DNA of 64,000 nt from Candidatus Eiseniibacteriota bacterium. GTDB taxonomy: Bacteria; Eisenbacteria; RBG-16-71-46; JABDJR01. The stretch spans positions 512,001-576,000 of the forward strand of contig CAVXKA010000003.1 in the NCBI GenBank assembly GCA_963762255.1, read 5' to 3'. Positions 38,449-49,140 of the stretch are shown piece after piece (within the stretch, counting starts at the first letter, position 1; each line of letters begins with the position of its first letter). The translations under genes and the position numbers were made by a program. The notes beneath the pieces were generated by a model. That model was given only the letters and a program-made list of their open reading frames with translations, was not told where the DNA came from and did no database searches.

Positions 38449-38712
38449 CGCGCCTCCACGGTTTGAAACACCCCCGGGCTTTGGACCTCCGCCGGCGACG
38501 CCGGACCGGGATCCGGCTCCGGGAACCGATACCCGCTTCCACGTACTGTGTGCATCGACGGGTCAAGCCCGTCTCAAGTTATCGGTAGCCAGGTTGTCGC
38601 GGTATAGACCCTTCCGGGCTGGCGGTTCAAACCACACGGTGGACCCGTGTTGCACTGACTCTAGGGGGGCGCACCGAAAGCTGTCAAGCGAGTGTGCGGT
38701 CGGGTTTTGCTG

Positions 38713-38741
38713 TTGCCGCCCCTCCGCCCCGGTGATAGCCT
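38713..38741 (+). promoter_or_regulatory. Sigma70-type promoter of the polysaccharide export operon
   Basis: TTGCCG-17 bp-TAGCCT with a TG extension, just before ATG 38753. Confidence 0.45.
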
Positions 38742-38752
38742 TTCGCGTTCTA

Positions 38753-40366
38753 ATGAGAGCCGGCAAGTATTCCCCGAGTCGATCCGCCCTCTTGGTTCTT
38801 GTCCCGGTTGCGCTCGTTCTGGCGTTTGCTTCCGCGGGCGCCCAGCAAATCCCCGGCGACATCCTGCAGCGCCTCGCCGGCGCGCAGGCCGGCCAGCCCG
38901 ATCAACTGTCGAGCGGCGGCGTCGTTCTGGAAGGCTCGGTGGATCCCGCTGCCTATCGCCTCGGCCCCGGAGACCGCCTGCGCATCCAGTCGATCGGTAA
39001 GGCGGCATTCACCCTCGTTTCCATCGTCGATGCGGAGGGATGGCTGAGCCTCGGCGAGTACGGCTCGATCGAGGTGGGGGGCTCCACGCTGGACGAGGGC
39101 CGTCGGCGCATCCGCACCCGCCTCGCCTCGTTCCTTCGCGACGGTCAGGTGGAGGTCCGACTGCAGGAGATCCGCCGGTTCAAGGTGTACGTGCTGGGTG
39201 AGGTCGCTCGACCCGACGCCTACTCGGTCACCGCGGCCACCCGCGCCGCCGAAGCCATCGCGATGGCCGGTGGCACTTCGGACAGCGCCTCGGTGCGCGG
39301 CATCCGGATCCTCCGCAGCGACCCCGCCGGAGAGATCCCCGTGGATCTGGTCGCGTTTCGCATCGCCGGAGCCTTGGAGGGCAACCCGTTCCTGAGCGAC
39401 GGCGACCGCGTCGTCGTGCCGAGGCGCGGGCGTGTGTTCGGCGCGTTTGGAGCGGTGAACCACCCCGGTGTCTGGGATCTGCGCGACGGAGAAACACTCG
39501 ACGATGTTCTCTCGTGGATAGGCCTTGCCCCCGACGCCGACAGCGGGCGCGCGTTCATCGCCCGCTTCCGCGCGCAAGAGGCCGGAGGCGCCGCCGACCG
39601 GTACGACACGCTTGGCGTTGCGCTCGACCGCGTGTTGAGCGGTGAGGATCGCCGGGTGCTCGCCGACGGCGACCGGCTCTACGTGCCTCGCATCCCCCGC
39701 CGGCATGCCGCGGCGTCGGTGCGCGTCGAGGGCGCGGTGAATCACCCCGGCGACTACCCCATCTTCGAGGGCGAGGATCGCGCACAGGACGCCCTGGCCG
39801 CGGCGGGAGGGCTCCTTCCCGACGCGCTCCCGACCCGCGTGACGCTGGTGCGCCGCGCCGCGCCCGATTCCGTATCGATGTTCGAGGCCCTGCGCCAGCC
39901 GGCGCCGGTCTTCGATCTCACCACCACCGAGCAAGCCCGGCTTCATCTCTCGTTCTCCCCCGACGCGGGCCGCATGACGTTTGACGCAAGCGCCGGCGAG
40001 GGCCCGCTCTTGGCGGATGGCGACCGCATCGTGGTGCCGCGCGCCTCCAACCGCATCGAGGTGACCGGCGAGGTGGTCAACGCCGGGTTCTTCGCCTACA
40101 TCGACGGCTGGGAAGCCGACGACTATCTCGACGCCGCCGGAGGGCCGACACGTCAGGCCGACAAGAAGCGAATCCGCCTCCTGCGCGGCGTCGACGGAAC
40201 CGCGACCGAAGCCGACAAGGCGGGAGCGCTCGCTCCCGGCGATATTCTGTACGTGCCCGAGAAGAGCCGGACCGCACGCAGCACCTGGGACATCGTGCGC
40301 GAGGTCTTCGGCATCGCCGCGCAGGTGGCCACGGTCGTGCTGATCATCGATCAGATCAACAAATGA
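38753..40366 (+). CDS. Polysaccharide export protein (Wza/KpsD-like, multiple SLBB domains)
   Basis: Signal peptide; YRLGPGD followed by repeated VxGxVxxPG...LxDGDxxxVP SLBB units. Confidence 0.85.
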   Translation: MRAGKYSPSRSALLVLVPVALVLAFASAGAQQIPGDILQRLAGAQAGQPDQLSSGGVVLEGSVDPAAYRLGPGDRLRIQSIGKAAFTLVSIVDAEGWLSLGEYGSIEVGGSTLDEGRRRIRTRLASFLRDGQVEVRLQEIRRFKVYVLGEVARPDAYSVTAATRAAEAIAMAGGTSDSASVRGIRILRSDPAGEIPVDLVAFRIAGALEGNPFLSDGDRVVVPRRGRVFGAFGAVNHPGVWDLRDGETLDDVLSWIGLAPDADSGRAFIARFRAQEAGGAADRYDTLGVALDRVLSGEDRRVLADGDRLYVPRIPRRHAAASVRVEGAVNHPGDYPIFEGEDRAQDALAAAGGLLPDALPTRVTLVRRAAPDSVSMFEALRQPAPVFDLTTTEQARLHLSFSPDAGRMTFDASAGEGPLLADGDRIVVPRASNRIEVTGEVVNAGFFAYIDGWEADDYLDAAGGPTRQADKKRIRLLRGVDGTATEADKAGALAPGDILYVPEKSRTARSTWDIVREVFGIAAQVATVVLIIDQINK

Positions 40367-40376
40367 CGCGCAAACC

Positions 40377-41545
40377 ATGCCGGAGACCGTGCCCATGACC
40401 GAGCCGCGGAACGATCTCTCCGAGTTCTTCCTCATGCTGCTGCGGCGCCGCCGTTTCCTGGTCTGGAACACGGTGGTGGTGACCCTGCTCGTGCTGGGGA
40501 TCACCTTTGTGCTCACCCCTCGCTTCACCGCGGTAACCACCATCCTTCCTCCGCAGAGCGAGGGCGAGGGGATGCTGGGGCTGAGCAGCCTGCTCCAGCG
40601 CTTCGACATCGCACAGCTGGGCCTGACCGGAGCCACGTCGTCGGCGCAGGTGTACGTGGCGATTCTGAAGAGCCGCACCATCGCGGACACCCTCGTCGCG
40701 GAATATGGCCTCGTGCGATCACTACAAGCTGAAGACCGCGGCTTCGGCGGGGCGCGCCCTGCGCGGGAACACGGACGTGCGGCTCGCCTCCACGGGAGTG
40801 ATTCAGGTCTCGGTCACCGACAAGGATCGCAACCTGGCCGCGACGCTGGCCAACGCCTACGTCGCCAAGCTGGACCGGCTCAATCGCGCGCTGCGCACCG
40901 GCGAGGGGAAGCGGACGCGGATCTTCGTGGAGGAGCGCATCGAGGCCACGCAGCTCCGTTTGAGCGCGGCCGAGGACTCGCTGCTCGTCTTCCAGAAGCA
41001 GCACCCGGGGATGGTGCTGCCCTCCGGACATGGCCGCCTCGGCGGGCGCGGCCGCCGATCTCATGGCGCAGCGCATCGCGATGGGTTACGAACTCGAACT
41101 CATGCGTTCCACCCTCAGCGCCGGGGCGCCCCCTCTCGTGCGCAAGGAGACCGAGGTGGCGGCGCTGGACAGCGAACTGGGAGGCGTGCCGGATCTCGGC
41201 ATGGAGATGGCGCGCCGCTACCGCGACTTCAAAGTTCAGGAGAAGGTGTTCGAACTCCTGAGCGCCCAACTCGAAGCCGCCCGCATCAAGGAGAGCAAGG
41301 ACGTCACCACCGTGGACGTGCTCGACTCGGCGGTGCCGCCCGACCGGCGCAGCTTCCCGAGGCGCGGGCTCATGACCGGGCTGGCGTTCCTGGTCTCCAC
41401 GCTGCTTGGTGTATTGACCGCGGTGGGCCTTGAGATCCTGGGGCACATCCGTCTGGCCGACGATCAGCGATTTCGATCCGCGATCACTCCGGGCGGCTTC
41501 CTGGACCGCGTGCTGTTCGGATCGGGTCGCCGCGAAACAGACTGA
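40377..41545 (+). CDS. Polysaccharide co-polymerase (Wzz/Wzc N-terminal-like), frameshifts near 40716 and 41025
   Basis: TM-PRFTAVTTILPP, ILKSRTI, then ISVTDKD-like and coiled-coil segments, and VLDSAVPPDRRSFPRR-TM, spread over three successive frames. Confidence 0.8.
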
Positions 41546-41559
41546 ACGCTGTGACTCCG

Positions 41560-42704
41560 ATGTCCGTCCCTCGGGGAACCACCACCCCCCTGCGAATCAC
41601 CTTCCTGCTCCCCGGTCCCGGGACGTGAACCCGTCGGCGGGTTCAAGATCGCATACGAGTACGCCAACCGCCTCACCGCCCGCGGACATGCGGTCACTGT
41701 GGTGCACACGAGCCGCGCGGAGCAGAACTTACCTCTGCCGGAGTCGTTGTGGCGCGCCGGTGCCTATGCCGCGCGGAAGTTGACCGGGACCCATGGTCCC
41801 GCGCCCTGGTTCGCGCCTGGACGCGAGGGTGCGCCTGGTTTGGATCCCCTCCTTGAGCGCGGATCATATCCCGGACGGAGACGCGGTGGTGGCCACCGCG
41901 TGGCAGACCGCGGAGTGGGCCACCGCTTATCCCGATTCGAAAGGGAGGAAGTTCTACCTGATCCAGCACGTGGAGACATGGGCCGGCCCCGAGGAGCGGG
42001 TGATGGCTACCTGGAAGCTGCCGCTCGACAAGATCGTTATCTCGCGTTGGCTTCAATCCATCGCGGAATCGCTCGGCGAGCGATCTCACTACATTCCCAA
42101 CGGACTCGACTTCGACGCCTTCGGTCCCGACAACTCGCCGGAATCGCGCCGGCCCGACTCCCTCCTGATGCTCCATCACACCCTCCCATGGAAAGGGACG
42201 CCGGACGGACTCCTCGCTCTGCGGCGGGTCCTCGATCGCCACCCCAAGGCATTGATCCGGCTCTTCGGAACCGGCCCTACGCCGCCGGACCTCCCCAGTG
42301 GGTTTGAGTACCACCGCAGGCCGACTCATCTCCGACTGCGAGCCCTCTACAACGAGGCCGCCATCTTCGTCGCCCCCAGCTTGGCCGAAGGATGGTCGCT
42401 GCCTCCCACCGAAGCCATGATGAGCGGATGCGCGCTGGCCGCCACCGACGTCGGGGGGCACCGCGAGTACGCCGTCCCCGAGGAGACGGCGCTCCTCTCC
42501 CCGCCCTCGGACCCGACGGCCCTGGCCTCGAATCTGCTCCGACTCATGGAGGATGACGCCCTCCGCCTGCGGTTGGCGCGCGCCGGGCTGGAGCATATCC
42601 GGCAATTCACCTGGACCCGGGCGGTGGACGCGTTCGAACAGACCTTATTGACTGGGCGCCCGCGGCCCAATCCTCCATCCACCCGAAATCCGGGGTCGCC
42701 GTGA
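41560..42704 (+). CDS. Glycosyltransferase family 4 (WsaF-like), frameshifts near 41620 and 41812
   Basis: RITFLLPG / PVGGFKIAYEYANRL / DAVVATAWQTA...YLIQHVE...EGWSLPPTEAM over three frames. Confidence 0.8.
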
Positions 42705-43870
42705 CCTCGAATTCACCCTCCTACGACTCCGGCCCCTCGATCCTCGCCAAGAAGTTTGGTGACCGCCCCCGCGTGGCGATTGTGGCCGACTATCTCAATC
42801 AACATGGCGGTGCCGAGTGGCTGGTCGCGGTGCTGCACACGATGTTCCCGAAGGCGCCGGTGTTCACCCCGATCTTCGACCGGGAGAGCCTGTGGCCGGA
42901 GATTGCCGACGCGGATATCCGGGCGTCCTGGATGCAGCGGCTGCCCGGGTTGAAGCACCATTACCGCAAGTACTTCCTGCTCTACCCGCTGGCCATTGAG
43001 GGGTTCGACCTCACGGAATACGATCTTGTGCTCAGCAGCAGCTGCGCATTCGGCAAGGGAGCCAGAGCCCGCCCCGACGCGTTTCACGTCTGCTATTGCC
43101 ACACTCCCGCCCGTTTTGTGTGGGACTACGAGAACTACGTGCGACGAGAGCGACTGGGGCTCGCCTCCCGGTTCTTTCTCCCGCCTCTCGTCCGGATCAT
43201 GAAGGACTGGGACCTCAAGACCGCCACGCGCCCCGATCTATACCTTGCTAACTCGAACACCGTAGCCGCCAGGATCCGTGACTACTATGGGCGTCAAGCC
43301 ACCGTCGTCGGAGGGCCGGTCAACTGCCGCCGTTTCCACGCCGCGGCCCGACTCGAGCCGTACTTCCTGGTGGTTTCCCGGCTGGTCCCATACAAGCGGA
43401 TCGACCTCGCCGTGGAAGCGTTCAACCGGCTGGGACTTCCGCTCCGGATCATCGGGGATGGACCGGACCGGGCCGTCTTGGAGCGAAGCGCCGGTCCGAA
43501 CATCCACTTTCTGGGGCAGGCCGCTGACTCGGAGGTGGAGCGCATGCTGGGAGAGTGCCAAGCGCTGGTCTTCCCGGGGATCGAGGATTATGGGCTGGCC
43601 CCCCTCGAAGCCAACGCTTCCGGCCGGCCGGTGGTGGCCTTCCGCGGCGGCGGCACGCTGGACACAGTGGTGGACGGGGAGACCGGGCTTCTCTTCGAGG
43701 AGCAGACTCCGGAATCGGTGATGGAGGCCGTCGAACGATCCGCCATCGTTCGCTGGGATTCTGACGCGCTGCGACGCCACGCCTGGCGCTTCGATGTCTC
43801 CGCGTTCAGGGAGCGCCTGTTTGGGATCCTCGCCGAGGTCACCGGGCGTTGCTGGAACCCTCCGGCGTAA
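42701..43870 (+). CDS. Glycosyltransferase family 4 (WbaZ-like)
   Basis: DYLNQHGGAE, CYCHTPARFVW, SRLVPYKRID and EDYGLAPLEA. Confidence 0.88.
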   Translation: MTSNSPSYDSGPSILAKKFGDRPRVAIVADYLNQHGGAEWLVAVLHTMFPKAPVFTPIFDRESLWPEIADADIRASWMQRLPGLKHHYRKYFLLYPLAIEGFDLTEYDLVLSSSCAFGKGARARPDAFHVCYCHTPARFVWDYENYVRRERLGLASRFFLPPLVRIMKDWDLKTATRPDLYLANSNTVAARIRDYYGRQATVVGGPVNCRRFHAAARLEPYFLVVSRLVPYKRIDLAVEAFNRLGLPLRIIGDGPDRAVLERSAGPNIHFLGQAADSEVERMLGECQALVFPGIEDYGLAPLEANASGRPVVAFRGGGTLDTVVDGETGLLFEEQTPESVMEAVERSAIVRWDSDALRRHAWRFDVSAFRERLFGILAEVTGRCWNPPA

Positions 43871-45359
43871 AGATCCCCAGCACGCGCCTTAGATCGTCCA
43901 GTCTGATACCGCCGAACAGGAAGAGGAGGCTCAGGTACACGGCGACACTCGCCGCCATGCCGAGCACGAGCGGCGTCACGCCGGCGCCCGGGTCGAAGAG
44001 CCGGGTGAGCACGACGACGAACAGGAGCGTGGCCGGAACGGCAAGAAGAACCCCGCGCACGTCCCGAACGAGAACGGAAAGCCTGGGGAGCATCGGCAAG
44101 CGTCTGTGGATCACCGGGATCCCCAGCACGGCAGGCACGAGAAATCCGATAAGGACTGCCACTGCTGCACCAAGGATCCCCCACCACTCCACCGCGAACC
44201 AGATCACACCGAGGTGGAGCAACGCCCCCAGGGCCAGAAACACGGCCTGGAGTCCCGGTCGCGAGGCCGCATCAGCGGCGACCGAGGGAAGCGTGAAGAA
44301 GGCTCCGGCCGAGTAGGCGAGGAGCAGTATGCGGAACGACCACGTGCTGGCCTCTGCGAATTCCGGCCCCATCCAGACCCTCAGGATTGGGCCTGCCAGT
44401 CCCCCCAGCACTGCCAACGCTCCGCCCGCCGTCACCGCGATCATCCTCGAGCCGTAGCGATACTGCTGTTGGAGAGCCCCCTCGCGATCGCCGACCATGT
44501 GCGAGGCGACGGCCGGATAGATCGGTGAGGCGATGGCCTCCGCCACCTGGGCCACCCTCTGCGACACCTTCAAGGGAACGGCGTAGAACGACACCTGCGC
44601 CACCGGAAGCAGAACGCCCACGACGATGCGGTCGAGTTGCTGAATCAGCGTCACCGAGATCTGGGCCGGGAACTTCATCCTGCCGAATCTCAGGAGGGCA
44701 ACTACCGAACGGGCGTGCCAGCCAGGGAGGATGTTGACCCCCGGCAGGAGCTTCCTGGCGACCAGCATCAGGTAGAGCAGTATCCCAGCGGTTCCGGCGA
44801 CGTAGACCGCGACCACTTCCCGAAGTCCTCCACCCAAGCGGAGCGCAAGGACTACGAAGAGGTACTGCCCGCTCAGGAGGAGAATCGACCGCATGGCCAA
44901 GAGATCGAAGCGGTGCAGCGCGGAGGGCACGGCAGCGTAACTCAGCCCGAGAAAACCGAGAGGAACGGAGAGCGCTGACAGGCGGATCGAGAAGACCGCG
45001 TCCTCCACAAGCCCAGGGGGCACCTGCAACCAATGCCGCGCCAACGGGCTGGCCAGCAACCAGAGCGCTACCGCTCCCACGGACCCCATGAGCATCTGCA
45101 AGGAGACGCCCGATCGAAGGTACCTCTGCAAGGAATCCCGATCGCCACGCTCGTTCTCGGCAGCCAAGAACCGGATGAGGGCGTTTCCCATGCCGAAGTC
45201 CATCGCCGTAAGGTACGTGTTGGACGCGGTGATGATCGCCCAGAGGCCAAAGACCTGCAGGCCCATCCGGTGAACCATGAACGGGGTCATCAAGATGAGG
45301 AGGAGACTTAGCCAGACGAACGATGCCAGGCTCCAGAGGATGTTCCGTCCCAGATTCAT
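43839..45359 (-). CDS. wzx: Oligosaccharide flippase Wzx
   Basis: About 14 TM; FGLWA...DFGMGNALIRF and QLDRIVVG...VSFYAVP. Confidence 0.85.
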   Translation of the reverse strand: MNLGRNILWSLASFVWLSLLLILMTPFMVHRMGLQVFGLWAIITASNTYLTAMDFGMGNALIRFLAAENERGDRDSLQRYLRSGVSLQMLMGSVGAVALWLLASPLARHWLQVPPGLVEDAVFSIRLSALSVPLGFLGLSYAAVPSALHRFDLLAMRSILLLSGQYLFVVLALRLGGGLREVVAVYVAGTAGILLYLMLVARKLLPGVNILPGWHARSVVALLRFGRMKFPAQISVTLIQQLDRIVVGVLLPVAQVSFYAVPLKVSQRVAQVAEAIASPIYPAVASHMVGDREGALQQQYRYGSRMIAVTAGGALAVLGGLAGPILRVWMGPEFAEASTWSFRILLLAYSAGAFFTLPSVAADAASRPGLQAVFLALGALLHLGVIWFAVEWWGILGAAVAVLIGFLVPAVLGIPVIHRRLPMLPRLSVLVRDVRGVLLAVPATLLFVVVLTRLFDPGAGVTPLVLGMAASVAVYLSLLFLFGGIRLDDLRRVLGIFTPEGSSNAR

Positions 45360-45719
45360 GGGTTGGGATCTAGGAATCGATCCGCGGGCGAGGCCGCCGC
45401 TACGATCTCATCAGGTTGGATCACCATCAGCTCCCGGAGACCTCGCGGCGCGGGCGTTCACCACGGCGGGGCCCATCGCGAGGCACTCAAACCTGGATCT
45501 TATTGCTATGACACCAGTTGAGCCGGCGAAGCTACCACGCGGCACTTCGCGCAGCAAGCGAAAAGGGCGCCATGGCCGGCCTGTCCACGAGGGAGTCGTC
45601 GATCCACTCCTGCATGCTAGGATGTCCGCCGCCGGGAGCATCCCGACCATCCGACTCTTGTGGCAGGAGACAATCCGCAGGACCCCCCGGGTCCCCGAGG
45701 AGGTTGCCGAGGCTTGAGC

Positions 45720-47057
45720 ATGTCCCGGGCGGACACTCGAACGGCGTTCTTCGCCGTCGGACTCGTCGCCTTCCAGCTCATCCTCATCCTCGCTGCGGTC
45801 CTCGCCGGCCCGGACAATACCGGTGCAATGCTGGTCCTCTTGGGTGGAGGCGCGTTGATTCTCGCCTGGGCGGCGCTCATCACCCCCGCCGGAATGCTCC
45901 TTCTTGCAGTGCTCTGCATAGTGCTTCCGCTGAGCTTCCTGACTTTCTTCGTGTTCGAGTGGCTGCTCATGGCGGCCCTGGCGGCTTCGGCGCTGCTCCA
46001 TGCGGTTAAGCGGAGGACTTGGCCGGCCCCGTCGGCGATGGAGCTCCTGTGGGTCCTTTACGTGGGCTGGGCCGTAGTCACCGCAACCCATGCCGCCGAC
46101 ACGTACACGGCCCTGCAGGGGTTGAGCCGGATCCTGGTGGCGGGAATGGCTTTCGTAGCCGGTTACCGGATCCTGGGCGACCGTTGGTCGCGGGCGTTGG
46201 TACGCGTCATGTCTGTGCTTGCTTTCGCGGTCGCCGTCCAGCTCGTGGGCACCATCCTTACCCATGGATTCTCGATGGCGCTCATCACCGCCCGAGCTTC
46301 CTCGGTCACCAATCTGGGCTGGGGGGCGTCCAACTATGTGGCCGCAGTGGCGTCCCTGGCCGCGGCTTGCGCAATCACGCTCCTTCTGTTCGGAACGCGC
46401 CACGAGCGCGTGATTGGTGCCCTGGGGGTCCTGGGCGCCTTGATCGTGCAGGTCACCACCTTGTCCCGCGGAGGTGCGGTGGCCTTGCTTGTCGGCCTGG
46501 CCCTGGCAGGGCTCGTGGAAGCGCGCCGGCGGCTCCTCGCCGTCGTCTTGGTCGTCTCGGGGGTGGTCGCCGCTTACCTGTTCTCTCCGCTTGGCGCGGC
46601 GACCCTCGCGCGGTTCACCAGCACTCAAGGGCTGGCATCGATCGGGGCACGCCTTCTCTTCTACCGCGAAGCATGGTCCATATGGAGGTCGCATTGGATC
46701 GCCGGGGTGGGACCCGACCAGATCCCCTACCACACACCGATCTTCATCGGGGCCAACCCCCACAACATCATTCTCAAGCACTTGGCGGATCTGGGGGTGG
46801 TCGGCCTCGCGCTCTATGTCGCCCTGTTCGCGATCATGATCTCAAAGGCGATCCGAGCGCGCCTTCACGCCCGGGACCGCGAGGGCTTGACCCTTGCCAT
46901 AGCCATGATCGTCGCGCTCGGTGTAGGGGTCGCTAACGCTCAATACGAGCCGACCCTTGAAGGGAACGTGTACGGCTTCCTGTTTTGGCTCCTTATGGGA
47001 AGCCTGTCGCGGCAGGCGGAGCGGACGTGCAAGGCGGACAGATCGGCCACCGCATGA
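45720..47057 (+). CDS. O-antigen ligase/Wzy polymerase family protein
   Basis: TLSRGG, RLLFYREAWSIWRSHWIAGVG and PHNIILKHLADLGVVG. Confidence 0.85.
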   Translation: MSRADTRTAFFAVGLVAFQLILILAAVLAGPDNTGAMLVLLGGGALILAWAALITPAGMLLLAVLCIVLPLSFLTFFVFEWLLMAALAASALLHAVKRRTWPAPSAMELLWVLYVGWAVVTATHAADTYTALQGLSRILVAGMAFVAGYRILGDRWSRALVRVMSVLAFAVAVQLVGTILTHGFSMALITARASSVTNLGWGASNYVAAVASLAAACAITLLLFGTRHERVIGALGVLGALIVQVTTLSRGGAVALLVGLALAGLVEARRRLLAVVLVVSGVVAAYLFSPLGAATLARFTSTQGLASIGARLLFYREAWSIWRSHWIAGVGPDQIPYHTPIFIGANPHNIILKHLADLGVVGLALYVALFAIMISKAIRARLHARDREGLTLAIAMIVALGVGVANAQYEPTLEGNVYGFLFWLLMGSLSRQAERTCKADRSATA

Positions 47058-47989
47058 CCACGCCCGAGGTCTCCGTCGTCATCGTCAGCTATGGCACGCG
47101 CGACCTCACCCTGGCCGCTTTGGATTCAGTGCGGGAAGTCTCCGAGTGTGTCGCGCTCGAGGTGGTGGTGGTGGACAACGCTTCGCCGGACGACAGTGCC
47201 GCCCGGATCGCCGAGGCGCACCCATGGGCGACTCTGATCCGCTCCCCGCGAAACCTGGGATTCGCGGGCGGAGCCAACCTCGGTGCGGCCAGGGCCACCA
47301 GCGAATGGCTCCTCTTCCTCAACTCGGACGCCCGGCTCCTGGAGGACAGCCTCCCCCGGCTCCTGGACGCCGCCGGCTCGGTGGCCACGCCGGGGGCGAT
47401 CGGGCCGCTCCTCCTGGGCCCGGACGGCCCCGAATCATCGGTCGGGCACTTCTACGGACTTCGAAGAGATTGGGCTCAGTTCCTGCGACTGGGACGCATC
47501 TTTCCGGGAGTCCGTGCGCTGGACGGGATCTTCTTGGGCAGGCTCCCCGAACGTCGCGCAGCGGTGGAGTGGATCACGGGGGCGTGTCTCCTCGTTCGTC
47601 GCGACACGTTCTTCTCGGTGGGCGGCTTCGACGAGGCGTACTTCATGTACGTCGAGGACATGGATCTATGCTTCCGGCTCCGTCGCGCGGGCTGCACCAA
47701 CCTCTTCGCCCCGGACGCGGTCGTCCGACACGAACTCGGCGCCAGTCCCCGCGAACCGCGTTTCCTTCTGGAGGGTGGAACCAGCCCCGAGTACTTCGTC
47801 CGCAAGTTCGACCTTCCCTATCCGTGGCTACTCCAGCGAAGCCGGCGGGTACTCGGTCTTACCTTACGGATGGCGGTTCTCTGCACGGGGTACTTGGGAA
47901 GACGCCTGCGAGGCGATCCCGCCTCCGACTTGCGCTCACGTATCGCGATGTCCCGCCACACCCTGGTCACACTTCTCAGTCGGCGGTGA
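47054..47989 (+). CDS. Glycosyltransferase family 2 (WbbL-like)
   Basis: SVVIVSY, VVDNASPD, NLGFAGGAN, LNSD and GGFDEAYFMYVEDMDLC. Confidence 0.9.
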   Translation: MTTPEVSVVIVSYGTRDLTLAALDSVREVSECVALEVVVVDNASPDDSAARIAEAHPWATLIRSPRNLGFAGGANLGAARATSEWLLFLNSDARLLEDSLPRLLDAAGSVATPGAIGPLLLGPDGPESSVGHFYGLRRDWAQFLRLGRIFPGVRALDGIFLGRLPERRAAVEWITGACLLVRRDTFFSVGGFDEAYFMYVEDMDLCFRLRRAGCTNLFAPDAVVRHELGASPREPRFLLEGGTSPEYFVRKFDLPYPWLLQRSRRVLGLTLRMAVLCTGYLGRRLRGDPASDLRSRIAMSRHTLVTLLSRR

Positions 47990-49043
47990 GTGGACGGCCG
48001 CGCGCGGACAACTGGGGATACAGCGCCTGAAGTTTCGCGTCGGTGAAGAGCAATAGCACGCCGCCTTCAACCGGATAGGATCTTGAGCACGAAGAACAGA
48101 CGAAGACAGCGCCCTCATCCCTCAATCGGATTTCCTTCCCGACCTCCCTGCACGTAGGACAGCCGAGCGCATCCTGGATGGCACCGTTCGCATGGCGGTC
48201 CCCTCCGCTCTTTCTACAAAGCCCGCTTATGTTGCCGCCCAGAAGATAGGCGGCGGCGTACTTCACGCGGAAGCGCGATCCGTACAGTCCCACTCTCGAC
48301 GACGGCACCCGCGGAATCTCCAGGGTTACGTTCCTCTCGTCGAAGCACTCCAGGGCCCGCCGCCACGTCTTGAGCGTAATGTCGTCATTCTCGATGATTC
48401 CGTAATCTTCTTCGTTGCACCGGACGGAGGAGAAGACGGCGTCGAGCAGCCTTCGTGCGTTTCCGCGGGTCAGCGACTTTCGCGAGTAGGACTTGTCGCG
48501 CCTATACAAGGGCATTCGCAGCCGGCGCATGAACGGCTCCTCGTCGAAGAAGAACCACCCTCCCGGTGCCATGACCCGGTGAATCTCCTTCGTGATGGGA
48601 GCGGGATCGGGGAAGTGATGCAGAGTCTCGTAACAGAAGACGAAGGGCACGGAGTCGCTGAGAAACGGAAGCTGGTTGGCGTCGCAGCACACCCGTAAGG
48701 GAGAGCGGTCTCGCTTGAATACACCGCGGTAGTAATCACAGCTCTTGAGCATGTCGAACGAGATGTCGACTGCCGCACCTTCCGCGACCAAGTCGTTCTC
48801 CATGACCAGCGACCGCTGGCATCTTTCGGCGCCGACCTCAAGATACGGCGATAGGGTGATGCCACTCGCTCGCAGTTCATGCATCCGGTTCAAGGTCTTG
48901 GTCATTCTCTCGTCCAGGATTCGCTCGATGCCCTCCGAGTCGTATTCATCGTCGAAGATCCGCTCCCGCTCGACCTGTTGCCGGTAGAGCCCCCTTCTGA
49001 ACTCGATCTCACCCCGTTGGCTGTCGATGTCTTGCGTGCTCAT
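47976..49043 (-). CDS. Class I SAM-dependent methyltransferase with C-terminal Trm112-like zinc ribbon
   Basis: LEVGAE, VDISFDML, DANQLPF and LHHFPDP...RVMAPGG; C-terminal CPTC...CSSCSRSYPVEGGVLLL. Confidence 0.75.
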   Translation of the reverse strand: MSTQDIDSQRGEIEFRRGLYRQQVERERIFDDEYDSEGIERILDERMTKTLNRMHELRASGITLSPYLEVGAERCQRSLVMENDLVAEGAAVDISFDMLKSCDYYRGVFKRDRSPLRVCCDANQLPFLSDSVPFVFCYETLHHFPDPAPITKEIHRVMAPGGWFFFDEEPFMRRLRMPLYRRDKSYSRKSLTRGNARRLLDAVFSSVRCNEEDYGIIENDDITLKTWRRALECFDERNVTLEIPRVPSSRVGLYGSRFRVKYAAAYLLGGNISGLCRKSGGDRHANGAIQDALGCPTCREVGKEIRLRDEGAVFVCSSCSRSYPVEGGVLLLFTDAKLQALYPQLSARGRPLTAD

Positions 49044-49140
49044 TCGATCTGCGTATCTCCTTCGGCTGTCCGATCGTCCTTGCTCGAATCGAGGAGGCCC
49101 CCATCCCGCCGACCGAGGTCCCCGCCGCGATAGGCCCTGT

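Noticed and set aside
41626-41628. TGA early in the GT4 gene as a second Sec codon
   Set aside because: Homology continues in a different frame, so this is a frameshift. There is no Cys-like context.
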